DNA of 64,000 nucleotides from Glaucostegus cemiculus (lineage: Eukaryota). Each line of letters opens with the position of its first letter. Within the stretch, counting starts at the first letter, position 1. The position numbers and the translations under genes were made by a program. Below are positions 13,680-27,500 of this stretch, piece by piece. The DNA lies in contig CDPCPM010000291.1 of NCBI GenBank assembly GCA_976551045.1, forward strand, positions 1,736,001 through 1,800,000. Direction: 5' to 3'. Under the pieces are notes generated by a model. The model worked only from the letters and a program-made list of their open reading frames with translations. It was not told the origin of the DNA and did not search any database.

Positions 13680-14785
13680 ACTCCTCTGCCATATTTTCAA
13701 CACTGTTCCTCATACGGCTGCGTCCTCAGCTCTATATTCTGCTCCATATACACTCACAACTGCATGGCCAGATTCCGCTCTAACTCCATCTTCAAGTTTG
13801 CAGATGATACCACTGTGGTGGCCCATATCTCAAATAACGATGAGTTGAGGTACAGGAAAGAGATAGAGAACTTAGTGTCACGGTGTCATGACAACAACAT
13901 TTCCCTCAACATCAGCAAAATAAGAGAGCTGGTCATTGGCTTCAGGAAGGGGGGTAGTGCACATGCTGCAGTCTACATCAACGTTGCTGAGGTCAAGAGG
14001 ATTGAAAGCTTGAAGTTCCTTGGAGTGAACATCACCAATAGCTTGTCCTGGTCCAACCACATAGACACCATGGCTAAGAAATTTCACCAGCATTTCTGCT
14101 TCATCAGAAGGCTAAAGAAATTTGGCATGTCCCCTTTGACCCTCATCAATTTTTATTGATGCACCATAGAAAGCATCCTATTTGGATGCATCACAGGTTG
14201 GTATAGCAACTGTTCTGCCCACAACCACAGGGAACTGCAGAGAGTTGTGCACACAGCTCAACACATCACAGAAACCAGCCTCGCCTCCATGGACTCTACA
14301 CTGCTCAGTAAAGCAGCCAGCATAATCAAAGACCCCACCCACCCTGTACATTCTCTTTTTTTCGCTCTCCCATAAGGCAGAAGATACAAAAGCCTGAATG
14401 TATGTACCACCAGACTCAATGACAATTTGTATCCCACTCTTTTAAAACTATTGAATAGTTCCCTAGTACAATAAGATGGACTCTTGACCTCACAATCTAC
14501 CTTGTTGTGACTTTGCACCTTATTGTCTGCCTAGGCTACAATCTCTCTGTAACTTAGAAGATAGAACATAGATACCTACAGCACAATTCAGGCCCTTCGG
14601 CCTACAAAGCTGTGCCGAACATGTCCACACTAACAGTTTAACAGTGTAACTGTCTATTCTATATTCTGTTATTGTTTTACCTTGTACTACCTCAATGCAC
14701 TGTTGTAATGAATTGATCTGTACGAGCAGTATGCAAGACAAGTTTTTCACTGTACCTCAGTACGTGACAATAATAAACCAATTTA
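13680..14785 (+). mobile_element. Rex1/Babar-clade LINE 3' portion
   Basis: ORF 13578..14159 KFADDTTVV..ISNNDE..YR.EI..LV..C.DNN..LN.SK..EL..FRK and KFLGVNITNSLSWS are Rex1/Babar-type. The tail is ttttcactgtacctcagtacgtgacaataataaac. A short minus-strand CR1-tail piece is inserted at ~14557-14625. Confidence 0.85.
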
Positions 14786-17329
14786 CTGTTGTTCTTCATC
14801 TATACAGTAACTTTTAGATTTTCAAAAGGTATTAACTTTCAATTCAACTTCTTAAGGATTTTAGAGCTAAAATAATTCCAAAGTTCTAACCCTTTTAAAA
14901 TACCAAGCAAGCTATAAATTGAATCACATTTTTGCTATTTAGCATGCATTCTATGTTACTTTCTCAATATTTTATTATTATTTCAAGTACACCATAATCC
15001 CAAAGTATGGATTTAGGATATCTTGAAGATGATAAATAATACTGTAACTGAGGAATTATTAAAAAAATCTTTAGTCAAAGTATTGAAGGCTATTAACATT
15101 CATTTTTGAAGGAAGTCTTCTTGTAATGTTATCGCTCTACTCAATATGAGAGTTAGCTCATAGTTTCTAGTAACCATGGCTATGTTAATTAATCATGTTA
15201 GAGTGGAAAGCAGATGGAGTCTGAAAGGAATAATTTATCAACTTGAGGCAGATGTCCTGAAACTCAGGTTGTACCTAACAGTTTACATGAAGTAATTTAT
15301 AACAACAGATGAAAAGGTAGTTGCATTGATATACTAATTAACATAATGTAAATTGAAAAGAGCACAAGTTTTAATACTGTGGCAGAAGATTCTTTGCATT
15401 ATTAATAACACAAGGAAGAGCTCTCTGACAGTAACATTTATTAGAACAGATTTGGTTATAATAGTTGTGAAAAGGAATTAAACACAGATCTATTTTTCCT
15501 ATCTCCTCTGCTAATAATTTCTTCACTTCAGTGCTGTCTCACAAATGGTGCAGCATTTTAATTAGCCAGTACCTGATCTGCCCCACCTTTTATCAACTTG
15601 GTGGAATCCAGGAGCGTAACAACAGCATCCCCTTGTGATTGGAGCAGGATATTTATGTCTTTGCTTGAAGACTTGCTTGAGCAAATTCATGGTCAGATGG
15701 GGTCAATCTCAAATCGGGAAGCTGCTTTGTTTTACAGAATAGATGTGAGAGACCATTTTAAGTTGCAAGACATTTTGTACTCTTCTGGCAATTCTTTCCA
15801 TTATGACAGACTTGTTACTCCATCCAGTACAGTGGATGGAATGTTTACCTTTTTTTCATTTGTGGCCACACACAAGCCATTCTGATTACCAGCCCTATCT
15901 TCTCATTGCCTTATTGACGTGCAACATCCTGTTACAAAGCCTTGACTGCCTTTGCAGTCTTTTCTGTTCCAAGTAAGCTGATTCCCTTTTGTCTTGGACT
16001 AAAAATTCCTTGTTCAGCATAATGTTTTATGTGCTGCGCCATTGCATTTTATATGAAAAGCAATTGCATTACGGCCTTAACAACTCCATCTATGTAAAGT
16101 GTGCTGCAGGGAATAGTAGACCAGTCCTCTATATGAATAACATACTTATGAACAGAGGAAGCTGTGTATTCAACAGTTACATCAACTAAAATGTATGGGC
16201 CTGGAAAATAGGAGCAGTCAATAACCAAAGGATGAAGGTATGCTCCATTTTAGATTTAGAGACCCATCCCAACCAAAGCCACTGACAAAGAGTCCTAACA
16301 TTTTCAAGAATGAATTTAATGACATTCATCTCCAAGCTAATTCTTTCTTCTTTCTGCACTAATACAATAATACAATGTCCCATTGGTCACATAGTACCTA
16401 TCTCCTTACCCAATCACCTGCCCCTCACAGGTAAACCTGCCCTAAATAAGTACCAATACTTAAAAAGGTGGAAATTGTCAAGCAAAGTTAGAGTTCTCAG
16501 CCAAATTTTGTTTCTTTGTGATTATGCATGAGGCAAGCCATGAAATGCATGTCGGAATATCACTCACCATGGCTAAGAATGAAACTGTACTCAGTGCCTT
16601 GCATAGTGCAATTCCAATGAGCATTGCTACACACAGGAGAATTTCTAAACCTTTGCTACTTGCTCATTAAACCAGAAGGAAAGATTGTTGGACCTCTATC
16701 ACGTTCATTGAACAGGACTTAGAAGATCAATGATCATCAATATCTCACCAGCAGCACCATTAGCCTCAGACAACTTTAAAATTACCCTGTCCATCACTAA
16801 CTTTAACAATCAGGGTCAGACCTAACATTCATATACTACAGGGCAGTCTTAGATCTACATGTCGGTGCCCATACCACAGAGCTCCAACTATTCAGCAACA
16901 CCCAGATAGATTGCACAACAGTATCTGACTCATGACTGTGTCTTGCAGTTTAAGGCAGGAGCATGACCAGAAACAGCACAAGGTGACTGCAGTGATGTAG
17001 ATGTGATAGTTTGTGGAAGAGACATGAATGGCTACAACTTGAAAGGAAATTTTTGGAGATGTGATAGCATCTATTACACATTGTAAGAATAATTAGAGAA
17101 ATAAGCTGCTAGGTGTAGGTACTTTTTGTACCTCTTCATGCACTGGTGCACTTTTTCTGCACAAACACTTTGTACTATTCATCGTAACACATGAAATGAA
17201 TAAGGATAATAAACAAATTGTTGAGCCACAGATATTCAGGCAGGAAGTTTAATTAACAAACAGCTACCTGGAAAACATACAAGATGTAATAGTATCCTTT
17301 ACTTAATCCTCATTTTGCCTTCTCTACAT

Positions 17330-17900
17330 CCCTCAATTTCTTTTGATGCATGAAAGGACTTTACATTGCTTCACTCATCACAACCTGAGCCTTATACTTT
17401 TCTCCTTTGGGTTACCCAATACGTGCAATCTGGTCAGGCAGTGGAGGAACAAGAAGGTAGTGATGGTAAAGATTTATCACCTGCTTAGGTACCTGCATTT
17501 TGTCTTATCTACAGTAGAGCAGATTTGGATCCATAACTGATGAATTTCTAGGAGCAGGTGGCCAAGGGAAAGAGCACCAGAGGTGCTGAGTTGACAGGTG
17601 AGATCCCATGTGAGTTCTGTCGCAACAAATTCAGATGAGGACTTCAATGAGGAAGTCTGCCCAAGAAGTACATGCACAATAAAATGTTTTGATAGTTGGG
17701 AAGCTTGCCAGAGGTTCTGGGTTCAGTGTCAAAGAACATAAAGAGATCCTGCATCAAACTGGAGAGTAGGACTTTGCATAGAGTGGGAGCCCATACTTTC
17801 TGGTGCAGACATGGCCATTGGCTGATGAGGAAGGTCCATTTCAGCCGAAGCAGCAACTGGTCATCATCTGGCTTCTGCAATGCAAGGTCATCTGGCTGTT
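17330..17900 (-). mobile_element. Possible Harbinger transposase relic (N-terminal region)
   Basis: Frameshifted minus-strand motifs in the expected order: DDDQLLLRL, LNF-VAT, WDL, IARIG*PKG (cf. FARIAGFPKVQG). Weak. Confidence 0.3.
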
Positions 17901-19807
17901 GATATTAATGTCAGGAATTTATGGTTCAAGGTTTTTGCATCAAATCTGCTAGAGCTTTTTATAACTTAGAACCAATTTGTTATTATTATCTTCTTTCAGA
18001 CCTGCCATTCCTTTATGACCAAAGGTGAGGCAATAAGCAGATTCAATATAGACCTATTGTGTTATCACAACGCCACTAACAACCTTCGGTTGATCAGTTT
18101 TCAAATGCCTTCAATTCCCCATCATGTAGCAACTTGCCCCAATGAACAGTTCTGAAGTACCCCCATCATTTCCTCTAGAGAGCCTCTATGAAAGCCAATT
18201 GTTAACCCACACACTGAACTGAATGAACTGATCTGAGCTGATAAACCCAATTACCATAACAGAAATTCTCACAAGAAAAATTCAGAACATTGACTTTTGT
18301 GCCCAATTTAATCATTCATTCTCTTCCATAGAATGAGACTCCAAATCAGAAACAGAGCTTCACAAAGTGTAACTTTTAATTTGTAAGTATGAAAATTGAT
18401 TTAAGAATATGTCACAAGTCAGTTTTCAATTTGAGGACAAGTCAGTCATCCTGGATGTGGAGAGTAACATTCTTTTAAATATATATTTTAGTTTCAGAAA
18501 TTCTGATTTACTGTCAAGCATGTTATCCACAGAAATGTGTTTGCTTCAATTGCTTAAGTTTTCTTCCCTAAATCCTAAACCAAGTCAGCCCTGAGCTCTC
18601 AGTATCTTTTTAAATTTCTTTGGGTTTTCTAATTCCTTCGCACCTCAACTCATTGAGCAATTCCTCACTGCTACTCCGCACCGTCTCAAGGTTTCATTTC
18701 TGTTACCTCAGTCTCCTGACATCTTTTCTCTGTGCAAAGAGCAAGTGCAGTCAGAGATGGCATGACAAGTATTTATCCACTGTCAATCACCCTCACAGCA
18801 ATCTTTTCATTACTTTTTTTCAAATCTGATGCTGTACAGAGGTGAGTGCAATAAGTTGTAATGCACAGTAAGCCTGGGCAATTTAAGCTGAGTGACATGT
18901 CTTTTTCCCTTACTGTCTATTTCATTTGGAATTACACTTTACATATAAATTGCATTCTATAAGATTTGTGATTATTTTTCTTTTTTTGGCTTATGGCCAA
19001 TGGTTTTGCAAAACAAATTTTATGACAAACTTGAGATTAAAATGATGAAATTGCAAATACAATTATTATATTATTGGACTTACTCATATCTTTGGGAATT
19101 GTATTCAAGCTATAATAGAGTGTGGGAGACATATTGTTTTTGTGCCAGTGATGAAGGCACAGATATAGGTTCACAACATATTTTAAAATGTTATATATTC
19201 CTGGTGTGAAGCAAGAATTTGAAAAGAACTTTTAAAAAAATCAAAAATATGATAGAACTTACAACCATGTTAACCTTCAGGAGACAGCAATAGGATTTTA
19301 ATGCCCAAATAAATTAATACATTTAATCATCTGGATTTTGTGAAGACATAATATTGAGGATTACTGTTATTAAAGTGTAAATTGGATAGAGATACTGCAC
19401 AATTAAATACAGAGGTCAGGAAACTGCTGCCTAATTTCCACTTGTAGATGCTTTGCTATAACACATATTAACATGAAACTCTGCTGTAGTGAAATACACA
19501 GGAAGGGTAATATTACTGCTGTACTTACATCAGAAATGTTTGATGAACTGATGAGTCATAATTACTGAGAACTAACCTGGGACTGTAATTCAACATTTAC
19601 ATGTATGGGGTATCACTCTTTCAGGTTTTAATTATTGTTGGTGATTTCAAAACAATAGAAAAATTATAACGTTTTAAAACTTTTTTCCTTTATATCTTTT
19701 AAATGCATGTTTCTTTCCTTCTCTTTCTTCCATTTATTGCATCTGATTAAATATTCTAACTGAGTCAGGTTCTGACACTGTGCTGCTCATTAATGATTCT
19801 TCAATCT

Positions 19808-20096
19808 CAGATAAGATACCTTTATCAGTCACATGTACATGGAAACACAGTGAAATGTATCTTTTTCCATAGAGTGTTCTGCGGGCAGCCTGCAAGTGTC
19901 GCCATGCTTCCGGCACCAACATAGCATGCCCAAAACTTATATCTTTGGAATGTGGGAGGAAACCGGAACATCCAGAGGAAACCCATGCAGACATGGGGAG
20001 AACGTACAAACTCCTTACAGACAGTGGCCAGGATTGAACCCAGGTCACTGGCGTTGTAAAGGGCCACACTAAACCGCTACACTACCGTACCTGCCA
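19808..20096 (-). mobile_element. Full-length V-SINE
   Basis: Highly similar to 6140-6437. Head ggcaggtacggtagtgtagcggtttagtg...gacctgggttcaatcc has a B-box-like GGTTCAATCC. Confidence 0.88.
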
Positions 20097-20249
20097 TTGG
20101 TTGGTTATGGAGGTATACAGTCCCTTTTCCTGTTCACGCAGATCCCAGATCACCTATGGAAGATACAGCGCTCCCCAAAGTGAGTCTGTAATTTACACAG
20201 TGTACCTCACCAACATCTTACTAAATACAACAGGAAGCTCCAAGAGTAT

Positions 20250-20345
20250 AAAACAGAGAATGCTGGAAATACTCAGCAGGACAGGCAGTATCTTTGAATG
20301 AGAAACAGAGCTGACATTTCAGGTTGAAGATTCCTCATCTGAATA
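20250..20345 (-). mobile_element. Penelope-type pseudo-LTR fragment
   Basis: aaaacagagaatgctggaaatactcagcaggacaggcag...gagaaacagagctgacatttcagg; decayed hammerhead-like motif on the minus strand. Confidence 0.65.
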
Positions 20346-20469
20346 CATGGGTAGGTGTCATTTGTTTGCAACTGATAATAGAATTCAGGGTCAATATGTT
20401 ATGAGATTCTGACTATACAGTCCAGAAATCTCTGCTCTGTTTTGCAGCCTAGGTGACAGTAGTTGATGA

Positions 20470-21900
20470 CACATTTGGCCTCTATGGAAGGGAAATGACA
20501 TGTCTGGAAACTTCCCATTGGTTTCTGATGGACTGCAAATGAATTGTTGAGAGAAAGCTTTAGTTGTGATGTCCCTGTCATGGCTCATTTATGGGCAAGG
20601 ATACATCTTATAAATAAGATCATCTGAGTAAATCTAAAGAGGACAGTCAACTTGAAAGCATAATTAATACAAAGTATTGAGGACTTCATGAAATAATTAG
20701 TAATGCCACCATAGTCAGCAACTAGATCTACCAATGGTTATAGCTGATTATACTAATTGGTCAACACTGACTGGCAAAAATTAGTTCAAAAAATTGAAGG
20801 TAGACTGGAAAGTGGTGAAAACACACTTGGACGTACTATCGAGGGAAAAATGCAGAAATGTTCAAAGAGTATCCTTACCGAGGCATTAGGTTAAAATGCT
20901 CATATCTATACTACACCAGATTTTTAAAAAAAATGCTGTAAACCACAGCCTGTTCCTTGTACATTGAAGAAACAGGTGGAGGAATAATTAGATAAATTAA
21001 AATAAAATTGAGTTTGAAATTGAAATGAAAGAAAGAATGGTCCAAAAACCACTGAAGAAACAAATATTGCAAGAGTGTTCAAGTTTAACAATGAGATACC
21101 GATTACCAAACTTGTTGCTGAACTACAGAACAAAGCTACATTCCACAATAGGTAATACACCTGCCCATCTGCTAATATATAGAAGACTCAGAACTCAATT
21201 CAATTTACCTCAGCCACATCAAGGGGAGAGTAGAAGACAAGGGATTGAGACAAACTAAATTGATTCATGGTGAGAAACAATTCAAACAACGTGACTATCT
21301 TTGTGTATTAACACCGCCCAGTAATTTTGATATTTGGAAGTGAGATCTTGGAATGATAGTTGAAGCATGTGGTGCAAAAAGGTATGTTGTGGAAATGAGA
21401 GATAATTTCAGAGTCTACACATAAACAAGTTAAATCTAGCAAGAGATATACAAGAGAATATTGAGAAGTTATTTGATCATGGGTGCACTCTAGAAGTTGG
21501 CCCAGTGGACACTGAAGAAATGACACAAGATTCTACTGACCTCAGTTAAGTAATGACACCTCTCTCAAGATAATTGGATCAACCCTTGCGACGCATTCCC
21601 TTGAAAGAGCAAAGAGTCTCAGAAAACGTTTGAATAGATTCAGCAGATAAATTATGTGTTTATGTGAATCACTCTTTTCACAAAGGGGGAAACAGTGTAG
21701 TGCACAAGACACCATATCTGGATGACACGTTTGCCTGCACAGTGTAGTTGAGGAACTGAATGAATCAGTTGCACACATTATTAAACCATCTTAAGTTATT
21801 TTTAAAACAAATATGTTGATTAAAAATGTGATTAAAACACAATTAAATCATTATCAAAATAAGTGAAAGATACAAAACTTAATTTATCTTTTTGCCTTGA
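20470..21900 (+). mobile_element. Ty3/Gypsy LTR retrotransposon relic, internally deleted
   Basis: KPQPVPCTLKKQVEE*LDKL (~20940, RT N-terminus) lies next to integrase-like ERMVQ..LKK...LLNYRTKLHSTIGNTPAHLLIYRRLRTQFNL (ORF 21025..21258). Polypurine tract aaagggggaaa (21682-21692) is followed by TGT, a possible 3' LTR start. Confidence 0.7.
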
Positions 21901-23139
21901 ACTTTCAGGTCAGGAATCACCAATAACTTGAATGGAAATCTTAATCTTATGACAGGCCCTACTGGGGCAGGTTTGGGGAAACAGATTGGCCAGAATAACT
22001 CCAGAAAACCCCAGCTGGGCTCTGCCACTGGATTCCATATGGAGTCCTGCAACAGAGGAACATGACAGATGCATTGGCATCAAGCCCTGGAACTCCTTGC
22101 CCATGAGCAGCTGAACTCCAGCGACTGTCTTTGCAACCTTCAACCACAGAGGCTTAGTTTGGCCCACTGAGTTCTTCATTTTACAGAAAAAGCAAAACAG
22201 ATGTGGAAAATTGGTTTGGGGGGGGGGGGGGGGTTGCTGAGCCTGCAGCAGTCTAATTCATTGTCAGAAGTAGGTGACTGAACGTCCTACTTTCCCTCCT
22301 CCCATTCAACAACTTGCCGCATGGCATAACTAAAAGCCTCAAATCATGAAGTGGATAATAAAGAGAGCATTTGCACAGAGCAGGATTTTGGAGTGTCACT
22401 CTGCTGCTTGGCTCCTCCTGATACCATATTTTTTTAAAATCAGGGAACACCTTCATCTGCTTCTTAAGAGATTTACTTGACTTGTTGCATAAAACAGTTC
22501 CTAATCCCATTAGGCTGTAACTGATATTTAAGAAAAATGTTAGGCATTAATCTTCATCTAGCCTGTGCTTGCCTGATTATTTAATCATAATCCTTGGTTC
22601 TCTGATCTTGGTTCCTCATAGGAACATCTCAGTTTCCAGCAATTAGTTTCACAATCCCCTTTCCATTTAAATCTGAATCTGCCCACCTACGCTTTCTCCT
22701 AAAATGAATGGACTAAAGTATACATCTCCTTAATTGTCCCACACACTGAATTATATAGCTTCTGTTGCTAGATCATGAATTGGAGGATGCTCTGCTAAAT
22801 TCATGCTAGACTGCACCAGGACGCCACACAAATTGTTAAGAAGTCATGGAGACATGCAGGCAAGCATCATGAGTCCGATCCCTGGTATCAAAGGAAAAGA
22901 AGTATCAAATGTAATGTGAAAATTTAGGCTCGTGAATCTTAAGTTTTGGGTGTCGGTGCTTAGCTGCTCTTTGGAAAGGTAAGGGGATTTAGCAGTAGGG
23001 GTAAGGTTTATTTTTTGGCTGACTAGATGGTACCTTCAGGGGATATGACCCAAGCTTGAATTTAACTAAGAAGCCTTCATATTTGCCTTTTGCTCATCTT
23101 GGTAAGCCTGGTTTCACCAGCCTAGCTTCACCAAACCTG

Positions 23140-23297
23140 TCAGCAGTCCTGATGCAGGCTTTCGACCCAAAATATTGAAAATTCCTCCCCCCACCTCCAC
23201 CACCCCCCTCCCCCACAGATGCTGCTCGAGCTGCAGAGTTCCTCCAGCAGATTGTTTGTGGCTCCAGATTCCAGCATCTGCAGTCTCTTGTGTCTTC
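23140..23297 (+). mobile_element. Penelope-type pseudo-LTR fragment
   Basis: cagtcctgatgcaggctttcgacccaaaat (decayed hammerhead core), then cacagatgctgctcga...gagttcctccagc...agattccagcatctgcagtc. Confidence 0.7.
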
Positions 23298-23499
23298 ACC
23301 ATACCAGTGCTGGCCATATACCAGTGTTCTATGGAAGGCCCAGTGCATGACCTCCCAGTGCAGGAATCCTTTTCCCCATCTCTGCCACTGTCCCAACCCC
23401 TCTACCACCCTCTCCCCAACAGATGTGCTGCCCTTCTACCCCTCAAGAAAGAAGCTATGGAATCCGGGTGTGGGCTGGGTTTTCAGTGATTCCTGAATA

Positions 23500-24220
23500 C
23501 TTCCGCAGGAGTTACAGAACGACTGCACAATTTTGGTTGTGGGTGGTCCTGATGTATGAGTGTTAGCATGTAGATAGAGCAAGTGATTAGCAAGGGGAAT
23601 GGAATGTTGGCCTTCATCGCAAGAGACAGGAAATATTAAAATAGGGAATTTTGATGCAACCTTAAGAGGACAGCACCTGGGATTAGTTTTGGTCTCCCTA
23701 GTTAAGAAAGTATCGTTTGCATTGAAGGCAATTTGGGGAAGATTCACTCCGTTGATTCTTGAGATGAAGGGATCAATAGATGAAACAAGTTTGAGCAGGC
23801 TGGGCTTTATGCATTAATGCTTAGGTGAGCTTATTGAAAAATTAAAAATTCTGAGGGGGAATGACAAGGTGGATGCCGAGATGATGTTCTCCAGTGTGGG
23901 TATCCAGAACTAGGATGCATAATCTTAGAATAAGGGGGTCATCCATTTTAGACAGCGATGAGGAGGAATTTGTTCTCAAAGAGGGTTGTGAATCTTGGGA
24001 ATTCTCTATGTCAGATTTCTGTGGAGACAAGTCATTAAACATATTCAATGTGGAGTTCAACCCACATTTAAACTATAAGGAAGTCAAGGGGTATGGGGAA
24101 AAAAACACAGGAAAGTGGCACTGAAGCCAAGATTAGATCAAGCACAATCTTATTGAAAGGCAGAGCAGGATTGAGTAGGATCAAAAGGGCCTATTCCTGC
24201 TACTGTTTCTTATGTTCTTC
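23500..24220 (+). mobile_element. CR1 LINE, degraded 3' fragment
   Basis: GMLAFIAR, SRTRMHNLRIRG and a CR1 tail (ggcagagcagg...ggcctattcctgct...ttcttatgttc). Confidence 0.85.
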
Positions 24221-24507
24221 CCACAGATTTTTTATGGTTCTTACTACTTTAATGTATTAACATTATAAATACTTCAACCATTAACTCAAAAAAATAGATA
24301 TTATGTGCTGAATTGTGCTTGATCATAGCCACTGCCTGCATTTGGCTATTTTGGTAATCCCACAGCTGCAGTAACCCGCTGCAATACATGTAGGACAGGC
24401 TGTTCTTGAGGCCTCTGCTCTGTGGCCCTTCCATGAAATGGTACAAGACATAAATGGCAAGAAGGCCCCAAGTGGTAGAACCCGAGGTCCTGTCAACAGC
24501 ATCATCA

Positions 24508-24566
24508 TGTTGTTTTATTTATCTCAAGCTACCAGCACTTGGTAGCTTGAGATAAATAAAACAACA
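24508..24566. repeat. Perfect 27-bp inverted repeat with 5-nt spacer
   Basis: tgttgttttatttatctcaagctacca-gcact-tggtagcttgagataaataaaacaaca; the arms are exact reverse complements. Confidence 0.97.
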
Positions 24567-27500
24567 AATAACCAAGCATTACTTTTTTTTAAGATAGAAC
24601 TCATTACACTACTGGTAATCAATTTAATACATAAATGTACAGTGAAATAAAGAAAAAACAAACCAGGATTTAGGTAAACCTACCATTTTAATGAAGGTTG
24701 ATGACCCATCAAAATGAATGGGGTTGTTGCTTGCATACCAACCCTATCAGGTGTTAGGTTTAGGCACCAAGTCCAAAGTGCATCCAGTCCCTCAGCTCAG
24801 CATGCTCTGGAGCCCACATTTTAGCCCAGCACATCTCCAAAGTCGGTGCTGCAGTGCATGGAAATTGATGATGTGCTGGTCAGTGGAGGGTGGGTGAGTG
24901 GCAGTTATCCACAGAACTTTTCTCCACAATGCAGTACGATCCAGCCCAATGCTGCAAGAAATCTGTGCAATATACACCCCTTCTAATATTTAATAGATAA
25001 CTTATATAAATAGAGAATTATAAATCTTAAAGTAAATTTCTGGCAGCGTATAGGGAATCTGTTGTCAAAACCAACAGCAGTATTGCATGCATATTACACT
25101 AGTATCTGGCAACATGAATATGCTGTTTGATATCATCAATGTTAACTCAGGAATCAGTGTTGCATTTTTCAGTGATTTAGTACTGAGGAACATATCTGAA
25201 TAATACATCTTCTATTTTATTTAATCTACATTAATCCTTTGTGCTCTTCACTGTTAATAATGGATCTTTTCCCCTCTGATTCCACTTGCTCAAAGTGTGG
25301 GACTATTCACATGTGAAAGCTGTGTCCGATAATATTGAGTGACATGCTGCAATTTACTTTTGCTGTAATTCCAGTCGGTTTCAATCACCTGAAGAGGACA
25401 GAATAAATTTCACTTGAAATTTCATTTTCCAATATTCTAGGGAGCAGAATGCTCAATAACTTAGGAAATGTATTTCTTTTTCTTTCACAGAAGAAGCAGA
25501 TTATCAAGTACCAATATGTCAGCAAATATATTAGAAAATATCAATAACATTTTAATTAAGAAAAGAAAGATGGAGTGTGATCACAATATATGGGACATGC
25601 CATGTATAAATAAGTTATAGTCAAGTTAATTCCCTCTGAGATGACACTATGAAAATTTTCAACGTTGTTTAATCTAAATAATTTATTTTAAGAAGTTATG
25701 CAAAAATCTATCGTCTTTTTAGAGATGTTATATATGAGACATTTTACAATTGCTGCCACATTCTGCATGGGACATAATGCAAAGCAAAATAGCATTATTG
25801 CTTCACCTCCTACAGTCCGAAGCACAAATTTCATAAATATAAAACAATTATTTGTGATTTGTGTGCAAGTATTAAAATCATTAAAGAGCAATGTGTTGAA
25901 TGCCACAATGGATTAAGGGTGAAAGACTTGAAAAGGACAGTGCCAAGGTGTTGTCCCAAGAAGTTCTATTGCAAAGTTATATTACTTCATGTAAGTTTAC
26001 TATCAATTCTGCAACAACTTTGTAACTTGGTTGGTTTTTAGGTAATCACCAGACAGAACCGATGCGGATGGAGATGGTAGTGGTTGGTCACAGCTCACTT
26101 TTATTATTCCTGCATTCATAGCAATAGGCTTATCCCTCAGGAGTACTTCTTGGAATCACTGTTCACAATTTCCCCACACAAAATGCAGACCTGGCAGTAT
26201 TTGATCTGGGTTTATCCAAGCACTGGTCACGGCAAGGTTCAGTGGACCAGCTGAATCACTGAAATTTATGAAACAAGATTTTCTCCTTCATTGAACAGAT
26301 TCTCAGTGCTGAAAAATATCTCGATGGAATATTTTGTGAATGCTGCAGAATCGAGCAAGTTACAAGCTTTTAAGAGCTGCCATTTGTCCGTTTGTCTTCA
26401 ACTGAGAATTGTCTGCAATTGTTCCATTAACACTAAAGACAATAGAAAGCAGGTAGTAGTGAGGGAAGCATCAAAAACATTCTCCTTTAGAAAAAAACAC
26501 GAAGGTGTTGGAGAAAAACTGATGTGTGTGGTAACTGGTATAGAGGAGTCATATCTCAGCTGGAAGCTTCATCCAATCCCTCGTGATTTGACCATTCTAA
26601 TCACATTTCTCTTATTTTGCCATCATGAGTTCTCAAAAATGCCATGAGATGAACTTGTTAGGTGTAATAAAAAAAGAAAGACAACAAGAGACATGAAGAA
26701 TCTTAGTCTAAGTCAGGGAGTGCCAAGTTCATTAATGGCCCAGCTCCCTGATTACGAGCCTAGTTTTCTTAGGTTATTTAACATGTTCAGGCTACTACAC
26801 TATGTGCCTTGTTTATCTTTTTTGGAAAAATCTAGCAGCTAGCTCTGTTAAATTGCCTGGGCTGATAGAAATTTTATATGAATATAGCATGACATCTTAC
26901 TATTTGTAGTTATCCTGGATCGAATCTACTCTGCTCTTTACACTTTCCCATTTCATAAACCTACAACGAGAACCACCTTGCCACTGTCAATGGAATAAAA
27001 AACATTTCTCTAATCATCTTTACCCCACATTGGGTAGTTGCCTGCAATGTACACAGAATAATTGCAAATTGACTTCAGTGACGATTCTTGAAAGGAAATT
27101 ATCAAGCTCTTATATGTGCTCAGCTACGTTGGCTACCACAAACATCTAACCAGAATTTTAATTGGAGAAAGGTTATGAACACTGAGCTATAAACCAGAGT
27201 GGCTCTTTGATTGCTATTCTGCATCAGTTTGTGAGGTCTATTAGGAATTCTACGTTTTAACTTTCCAGCACTGTTTATTTTCTTCTTCATACAATATCTT
27301 TCCTTCAGTTGTTTTGCTCACTTGTTTTGTCCTCTTCATTTGAAATTCCTAAGCTGCCCCCTCAGATTCCATTGCTCTTTTAGAATGTTGCAAATTTGCA
27401 TTGAGGTTTTGAATCCATGCTGTTGATGCAAATGTGAAATAATAAGGGTTCTGACACTCTGGGGCACTCCAGTCAGCAGTTTGATGTGATAATCTTTGGT

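Noticed and set aside
16530-17010. Possible LINE endonuclease remnant
   Set aside because: Only faint LDL and SD-H-like traces; too weak to call.
17460-17520. LLRYLHF motif suggesting piggyBac transposase
   Set aside because: A single short motif with no other piggyBac motifs; the opposite strand fits a Harbinger relic slightly better.
26291-26647. 118-aa ORF and similar short ORFs (15598, 27629, 40533, 50341, 58488)
   Set aside because: No recognisable domain, no exon chain, and lengths expected by chance or from repeats.
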